Part shown: piece by piece, positions 58,077 through 64,000 of the stretch | Layout of the letters: the number at the start of each line of letters is the position of its first letter | How positions within the stretch are numbered: position 1 is the stretch's first letter | IMG/VR virus record: IMGVR_UViG_3300001683_000016 | Span: 1 to 64,000 of that record | Strand: one strand, 5' to 3' | Origin: a virus | DNA length: 64,000 bases | The notes under the pieces: generated by a model | Seen by the model: only the letters and a program-made list of their open reading frames with translations | The model's database searches: none | Told to the model about the DNA's origin: nothing | Made by a program: the position numbers and the translations under genes

Positions 58077-58726
58077 CTATGGGATGGAACAATCAACAAC
58101 CTGCTTCTAATGCATTAAATCTTAGTCAAACGGGTGCACCGAGTATGCAATATGGTAGTCCACAACCTAATTATTTACCGCCACAACAAGGTTGGTATGG
58201 TCAACAACAACAACCTTCATTTTTTAATTCTATGTTTGCTGGTGCTACTGGACAAGACCCATATAATCAACAAGCGATATTACCTCCGAGTGAAACTGAG
58301 ATTTTGATGACTATGTTGAATACCTCTTATCCGGTAGAAAGATTTCTTCAAAGTTCAATCTTCCCTATGTTATTAGAGGTTATTAGTCAAATTACTACAT
58401 TTTCATTACTGAATGTAATTAAAAATGCAAGTTATAACTTTGATGAAGAGAATGGTGTTTTTACATTAGATACTGCTAGTTTACCAACTGAATTACAAAC
58501 TATGAGTTCAGAAAATATAATGTCACAAATGAACTCTATGACTAATATGATTAATCAAACAGTTTCAAATGCAGATACACAAAGACAGCAAACAATGCAA
58601 AATGCTCAACAAAGTATGTTACAAAGTCAATTGACTAATGCGCTTGCTGACCCCGGTATGTTAAATAATGTAGCACAAGGTAGTGGTACTTTCTTCCGTA
58701 ATTTTATAACTGGGGGTAGAACATAA
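58073..58726 (+). CDS. Q/N/M-rich hypothetical protein
   Basis: Low-complexity N-terminus, helical core. Confidence 0.7.
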   Translation: MTMGWNNQQPASNALNLSQTGAPSMQYGSPQPNYLPPQQGWYGQQQQPSFFNSMFAGATGQDPYNQQAILPPSETEILMTMLNTSYPVERFLQSSIFPMLLEVISQITTFSLLNVIKNASYNFDEENGVFTLDTASLPTELQTMSSENIMSQMNSMTNMINQTVSNADTQRQQTMQNAQQSMLQSQLTNALADPGMLNNVAQGSGTFFRNFITGGRT

Positions 58727-58995
58727 TGTTAGGTAGTAATGGTTCTAGTAATTTTGGTATGCCTGTACCAAAACAATTAGCAGATATGTCAATACATATG
58801 CTTGCTCCAAAGAGAGAAGTAATTGTAGATATGGTGATGGTACAATTAATTAGCGCTATACTTATTTTTATGGGTATTCTAATATTCAAAAATAACGATA
58901 TTAACCAAGGGGAAATGTCTATGTATATGGTAGGAGTATTTTTATCCTTTATTCTCTTGACATCTATATATCAGCGAATAACGCGGTTTGTATAA
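58726..58995 (+). CDS. small 2-TM membrane protein
   Basis: Two hydrophobic segments. Confidence 0.7.
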   Translation: MLGSNGSSNFGMPVPKQLADMSIHMLAPKREVIVDMVMVQLISAILIFMGILIFKNNDINQGEMSMYMVGVFLSFILLTSIYQRITRFV

Positions 58996-59031
58996 GCAAG
59001 GCTGATTAACCATATGGTATTCGGGTTATAT

Positions 59032-59715
59032 ATGGTTGAGCGAGAGCCAGTTATGAAACGTTCCTGTGCTTTCTGTCAAAATGATGACAGAAAGGGTTTG
59101 GAAGAGACCATAAAAAATGGTGAATTATCTTGTGCTCAATTGGATAAAGATATGAGTTGGAGGGCCAATACCGCCGACCGTCATTATCGTAATCACATGG
59201 GTCAATATCACATGGCTGCAAACCCGTCTTGCCTTATTTGTTCAAGTGAGAACAGAGCAGAGTATGAAAGTAGATTCTTCTCTGATGGCACAGAATCTGA
59301 ATTAATAGCAGAAGAATTAGAAATTAAAGAAACTACGGTATATCACCATATGAAACATCACTTTCAGCCACTGGTTCAACGCTCGGCAGTAACCGAGGTT
59401 GCAATTACAGTTGGGAATGAAATAACTGTATTACGAAATAATGTTGAGAAACTTAATACTAAATTAGCAGAATTATTAGATGAAGGTAGTGTACACGAAG
59501 AGGGCTTTGTGAGAAATGCAGTAACTTTACATAAAGAAGTTAGAGAGTCAATAAAAGATTTAACTGGCTTCCAAGATAAATGGGGTACTACAACAGACGG
59601 TACACAAGTGAATCAAACTATTAATATACTCAAAATAGAATTAGCAAAAGAAAGTCCCGATAGTTGGAAGAGAATCAAAAGTAAGTTACAAGCGGAAATG
59701 GAGGAAGTTATATGA
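59032..59715 (+). CDS. tandem Zn-HTH protein, possible terminase small subunit
   Basis: Two CxxC...HTH...HxxxH repeats plus a coiled coil. Confidence 0.5.
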   Translation: MVEREPVMKRSCAFCQNDDRKGLEETIKNGELSCAQLDKDMSWRANTADRHYRNHMGQYHMAANPSCLICSSENRAEYESRFFSDGTESELIAEELEIKETTVYHHMKHHFQPLVQRSAVTEVAITVGNEITVLRNNVEKLNTKLAELLDEGSVHEEGFVRNAVTLHKEVRESIKDLTGFQDKWGTTTDGTQVNQTINILKIELAKESPDSWKRIKSKLQAEMEEVI

Positions 59716-60116
59716 TACCTGTATCGGATTTAATGCAAGTTCAACATCCGGGTTATCGTACTTTTATACAATCTAATACTATGTCCGCTATGCATTATCC
59801 TTTATTTTTTGATTATTGTATATGTGTATCAGAAAGATTTAGACATTATGCATATCAAGAGGCTAATGTACTAATTAATGAAAATAGTCTTATGCATATA
59901 ATAGATTGCATAAAACAATTAGATGATACCGATGAGCCTGAAATAGTATTACCGTTGAGAGAACAGATAAGACATTCATGTTACGAGTTCTTAGAACATT
60001 GTAATGATATGTCTACTAAATTCAAAAGCCCAACCAGTATTTCTTTATTTTATAATGAGTTAGGACAACTCGTGATGCAGACCGCTTTTGAGTTTGCGGG
60101 GGTACAACATGAGTAA
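59712..60116 (+). CDS. hypothetical protein
   Basis: 134-aa coupled ORF. Confidence 0.6.
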   Translation: MIPVSDLMQVQHPGYRTFIQSNTMSAMHYPLFFDYCICVSERFRHYAYQEANVLINENSLMHIIDCIKQLDDTDEPEIVLPLREQIRHSCYEFLEHCNDMSTKFKSPTSISLFYNELGQLVMQTAFEFAGVQHE

Positions 60117-61509
60117 GCCAGTAAAGATTTTGAAGTCAGGTATGACTAGTACTGGTAGCGATACTCGTATGTATGGACCGAGAAGTGAATCCTCTCACAT
60201 GTTCCATGGTAATCACGAAGATGAAGGGGATGTTTACGGTGGAGAAGGGGGTGAATATCGTGATGCAAGAATTGACCGCAAAAAGAAAGAACGTAAAGAA
60301 AGAGAATCTGAAATGAAGAAGTTAAGACATATTTCAGTAACTACAGCAGATTTACCTCCTGAAGATGAGGAAGAAAAAGATAAAGACTTAGAACCGACAA
60401 AATTCGATAATGAACTTGAGCCTTCTTTAATGACCGGTACTCCGGGTAATTTTGGTGCTATGACTAGTATGGCTAATCAAGCAAGGGGGCCGGGTTTTGC
60501 CGGTGGGCATAATTTTGCTATGGGAGAACCAATGAATATAGCGTTCCAGTTATTGAAAGGCGGGAGAGCCGGTTTTATAGGTAAAAAACCAAAGAGGGCG
60601 AAGGGTGCTAAAGCAGCAAGAGCGCATAAAGAAAGGCAGAAGAAATGGAGGCCATCTACTGGTGAGTTCAAAAGGCCGCCGGGTGGTATGACACCGGCTA
60701 GTGCTACATCTAGAAGAGCAAAGGCAAGAATGCGAGGTATTGCCGGTAGCAAGAAAACAGGGTTAGGTAGAGCACATCTTGCTGTCGAAATGTCTCACAG
60801 AGGTGTAAAAACTAAACAGCCTATGTCGAAAGATGTAAAGAGATATAGACAATACCTAGGACAGTCTGAAGCAAGAAAGCGTTTAGGTAACATACGAACT
60901 ATTTCTTCTACACCTTCTAGATTTGGTGCACGTTCATACAAAGCGGGGTTAACTGGCGGTGGTACACTACAAAGTCTACTCCCCGGACAAGCCCAACAAA
61001 TGAGAAGACCATCACTTAGGTCAATTAGACCTCCACCGTTAATGCCACCTTCTGCACCTAGTAGAGCCACTTTACCTTCACCTTCCATACCGAGTCCTCC
61101 TGTAATGTCCCAACCAAGAATGGGAGTTGGGGTGCAAAGCATGTCCAACCAAAGTCCAACTTATAGACCTAAGTTACCTAGTTCTTCAATACAAGGTGCA
61201 CCTGTAATGACTGGTGAGATTGGAGAAGGTAGTGAACTACAAAAAAGGGGACTATCATACTATGACACCACAGAATTAAGACAATTACTCCTTGATGCTA
61301 AAAGAGCCTTGAACCGTAAAGAGAATAAGAAAAAGGGTAAAGGAGAGAGAAGTACAGATGCTGCTAGTCATTTACCCGCCCATACAGAAGCAGGCCCGAA
61401 ACAGACCACAAGACCTGAAGGCGCTACAGAAGATGCAAATAATGAGCCTCGCACATTTGGTATTAATCCTCTAGACCATCTTACAAGTAGAGGCGGTAGA
61501 ACACCTTGA
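60109..61509 (+). CDS. acidic/basic low-complexity protein with internal tag (GEPMNIAFQLLK)
   Basis: Tag at 60523-60558 separates an acidic segment from an R/K-rich segment. Confidence 0.75.
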   Translation: MSKPVKILKSGMTSTGSDTRMYGPRSESSHMFHGNHEDEGDVYGGEGGEYRDARIDRKKKERKERESEMKKLRHISVTTADLPPEDEEEKDKDLEPTKFDNELEPSLMTGTPGNFGAMTSMANQARGPGFAGGHNFAMGEPMNIAFQLLKGGRAGFIGKKPKRAKGAKAARAHKERQKKWRPSTGEFKRPPGGMTPASATSRRAKARMRGIAGSKKTGLGRAHLAVEMSHRGVKTKQPMSKDVKRYRQYLGQSEARKRLGNIRTISSTPSRFGARSYKAGLTGGGTLQSLLPGQAQQMRRPSLRSIRPPPLMPPSAPSRATLPSPSIPSPPVMSQPRMGVGVQSMSNQSPTYRPKLPSSSIQGAPVMTGEIGEGSELQKRGLSYYDTTELRQLLLDAKRALNRKENKKKGKGERSTDAASHLPAHTEAGPKQTTRPEGATEDANNEPRTFGINPLDHLTSRGGRTP

Positions 61510-63923
61510 TTGACTCATTCATCATAATGAAATCTCTTTTACTTAGAAAGGGAGACGGTAATTACAACCTGTTTGCAGGCCAATTACAAGCCTTGAGATA
61601 CCCTCCACCTGATTCTCATAATCCTGACCCTGACGGAATGGATATTCCAGCATTCGCACACACCGGAGCACATGGTGAAAAAGAATCAGGTATTCCCGGC
61701 GTAGGTCAGGTATATCCCGGTCAATGGAAAAAAGGAATGCATGGAGAAAATGTCTACGGTGATGAATCGGGCGGAGAACACATGCATGGTATTGACGGCA
61801 TTATACGAGCAGTTGGTGATTCTCTTTTACAACACGGTATTAAAGTACCTGCTAAAGATGTAATACAAAAAGCCATAGACATGCATAATCAAGACCATAA
61901 AGAAAATAATCATTTACCAAATGTAGATGACGTTGCTTGGAGAAAAATATATTTATCGCCATTAACAGAACAAGACCATAGAGTTAGAGGTAACTATGAC
62001 CAAGATGGTAATTTAACAACAACATATACTAACAGGCATGGTGATGACCATAGAAATGGTACTTATTTAGAATCTTATGCAGTACCGTTCAATAATCAAC
62101 TTGGTCAAGTTATGGGTGAGTTAGGTCATCCTACACCCCAACAACATAGTTGGATAAAGAAACCTTACGTTAAACCACATAGATTACATTTAGTTCCTGA
62201 TGGAGAGGGCGGAATGGAATTTGGCGCACAAGCGGTTGACACAGGTAAAGTAACTGATGGGAGAATACAACCGAGTCAAGCAGCAAAATGGGGAGGTAGA
62301 ATGCCTGATAGTAGAGCCTTTCAAAATATATCATCTTGGGGTATTGCACATCATTACCCAAACACATATTACATTCCTCAAAGAGACGCAGCCCCCGGAC
62401 AAAAAAGCCAACCAAGAACACAAACAATTAATAGTTTTCTTCATCATATGGCTTTAACGACTGGGAAAGACAGAGATGGTATTCTGAGTAATCTGATAGT
62501 TGATAGTTCAGGTGCTATGAAACATTTAGCAAACATACCGGGAGAAATAAACGGTAAACCGATAAAAGCGTTATTACAAACCCCTGAAGGACAATTAGAG
62601 GCAGCAAAATATTTCTCTCAGTTTCCAGCATTTCAAGCAGTTTATGGAGAAAATAGAAATCCTAAATTTAATGAAGACGGTAGTGTGAAACAACCGGGTC
62701 AAACTGTTGGAAGAATGAATCATTTTTATGGTCAAAGATATGGTGATACAGCAGAAGAAGGAAAAGGATTCGACCACTTTATGAGCCATAGTAGTAAAAT
62801 TGGTGTTGAACACCAATTAACTGGTAAAATAGGCCATCATAATAGAGCAAAAGATGCTTGGAGTAATGTTGTGCTTGCAGCATCGCAAGGAATTAACCAC
62901 ATGGATGATGAAATATCTCCTGAGGATTTACAGGCCGCTAATATTAATTTGCACGATACTCCTGAAACTAGGGCTAATGCTCCAAATATAAAAGCAATAC
63001 TAGACCATTTGTTTCACACCCACACTATAGCAGGTGGACACGAAAGAAAAGAAATACCTACACAAGAAGAATTACAACAACTACAACCTATTGTAGATAA
63101 TATAATTCAAGGTGGAACACATGAAGATAGAACTCAACTTGGCGTACCTGACTATATTAGATATTCAGAGATGCCTAATTCTATGACACCTGTGGGTGCA
63201 TCTATGCAGCCTGAAGAAAGTTCGTTAAAACCTAGAGATGGAAACGCAAAGGGTCAAGGCGGTGCACCTCTTCCGATTACCGGCGGGGCGGCGACGGCTG
63301 CAACTAATGCCGCACCACCACCTCAAACTCCACCACCTCAAACTCCACCTCAACAAATTGGTGTTATGCAAGGCCAACCTGCTAATGCTCCAAATTATCC
63401 TCCCCAAATGACATATGATAGAGGTCAAAGATTATCACAACCTGAATCTATGAACTTAACGCCACAACAAAGACAAAGGTTACAATTTGCAAACGCTCCT
63501 CAAAATGAAGTAGCACAAACAATGAGACAATCGGGCGCTGCGCCACAGAGAGCACCTTTAACTCCTGATAGAATGCAACAATTTCAACAAAATGTAGGAG
63601 ACCCTTATCAGAGATTCATATCGCAATATGCTAAAAGTTCTGATAATCCTAATGCTGCTAAAGAAAGATTAATCAAAGCGGTTGAAATATTACAAATAGA
63701 AGATGCAAGAAATGATAATGAAATAATCAAACACATGCCTTCAACACAATTAAGTGTAAATTCAATTACAGATATTCTATATTTAGCGAAAATGTTAGAG
63801 ATTACATCTATGGATGTTAGTACAATCTTAAACACTAAAGGCGATTGGCAAAGAATATCCAAGACATACGGTTATTCAGATAGAGTAGTTAAAGTAGTCA
63901 AGGTTTCATTCGGAGGTATCTAA
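61506..63923 (+). CDS. large His/Gln/Pro-rich protein, probably virion-associated
   Basis: 805 aa; PPPQT repeats at about 63315-63353. Confidence 0.7.
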   Translation: MIDSFIIMKSLLLRKGDGNYNLFAGQLQALRYPPPDSHNPDPDGMDIPAFAHTGAHGEKESGIPGVGQVYPGQWKKGMHGENVYGDESGGEHMHGIDGIIRAVGDSLLQHGIKVPAKDVIQKAIDMHNQDHKENNHLPNVDDVAWRKIYLSPLTEQDHRVRGNYDQDGNLTTTYTNRHGDDHRNGTYLESYAVPFNNQLGQVMGELGHPTPQQHSWIKKPYVKPHRLHLVPDGEGGMEFGAQAVDTGKVTDGRIQPSQAAKWGGRMPDSRAFQNISSWGIAHHYPNTYYIPQRDAAPGQKSQPRTQTINSFLHHMALTTGKDRDGILSNLIVDSSGAMKHLANIPGEINGKPIKALLQTPEGQLEAAKYFSQFPAFQAVYGENRNPKFNEDGSVKQPGQTVGRMNHFYGQRYGDTAEEGKGFDHFMSHSSKIGVEHQLTGKIGHHNRAKDAWSNVVLAASQGINHMDDEISPEDLQAANINLHDTPETRANAPNIKAILDHLFHTHTIAGGHERKEIPTQEELQQLQPIVDNIIQGGTHEDRTQLGVPDYIRYSEMPNSMTPVGASMQPEESSLKPRDGNAKGQGGAPLPITGGAATAATNAAPPPQTPPPQTPPQQIGVMQGQPANAPNYPPQMTYDRGQRLSQPESMNLTPQQRQRLQFANAPQNEVAQTMRQSGAAPQRAPLTPDRMQQFQQNVGDPYQRFISQYAKSSDNPNAAKERLIKAVEILQIEDARNDNEIIKHMPSTQLSVNSITDILYLAKMLEITSMDVSTILNTKGDWQRISKTYGYSDRVVKVVKVSFGGI

Positions 63924-64000
63924 ATGGGTAAGGTTTACGTTATTAGAAAAGAAGGTACACAACCGGGATTTACTAATTCAACTGCTGGTATAGTCGCAGG
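63924..64000 (+). CDS. 5' end of a truncated CDS (MGKVYVIRKE...)
   Basis: ATG directly after the upstream stop; GGAGG RBS. Confidence 0.55.
   Translation, partial: MGKVYVIRKEGTQPGFTNSTAGIVA

Noticed and set aside
1-64000. tRNA/rRNA genes, alternative genetic code, or a cellular chromosome
   Set aside because: No tRNA or rRNA recognised by eye (tRNAscan-SE would be decisive); standard-code ORFs tile densely; gene content and organisation are viral

Overview
This 64-kb window looks like part of a tailed archaeal dsDNA virus, most like the magroviruses of Marine Group II/Poseidoniales. The basis is a thermosome, PolB, PCNA, RFC, fused PriS-PriL primase, XPF, RPA-like and MCM-like genes, GGTGA/GGAGG ribosome sites and very tight ATGA gene overlaps. 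I recognised no capsid, portal or large terminase gene, no rRNA/tRNA and no CRISPR array. There are two divergent arms. The minus-strand arm (about 44.5 kb down to 0.5 kb) carries early and replication genes, with 12 near-identical copies of a probable promoter (TGACTACTTAAACAAWGAA). It includes ArdC, an SNF2 helicase, a PEP-synthase-like dikinase next to a CX5R phosphatase, and a naturally split RecA-type ATPase. A CATTACGC-rich non-coding switch region follows (44.55-45.07 kb), then the plus-strand arm. Best candidate for an undescribed system: at least 12 proteins share an amphipathic tag ending in LK (MNPFxQAWxLLK / GEPMxIAxxLLK). The tag is conserved as a 36-bp DNA repeat, sits at N-termini and between the domains of two polyproteins, and is attached to unrelated cargo: ADP-ribosyltransferase-like, HExxH protease, ParB-like, kinase-like, T3 SAM-lyase-like and HNH-like. 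This resembles a shufflable cassette system of capsid-targeted, protease-processed effectors. Second candidate: a viral Arf/Rab-like small GTPase in an operon of membrane proteins. A three-copy palindromic element sits at module boundaries. All annotations come from motif recognition by eye; no searches were run.
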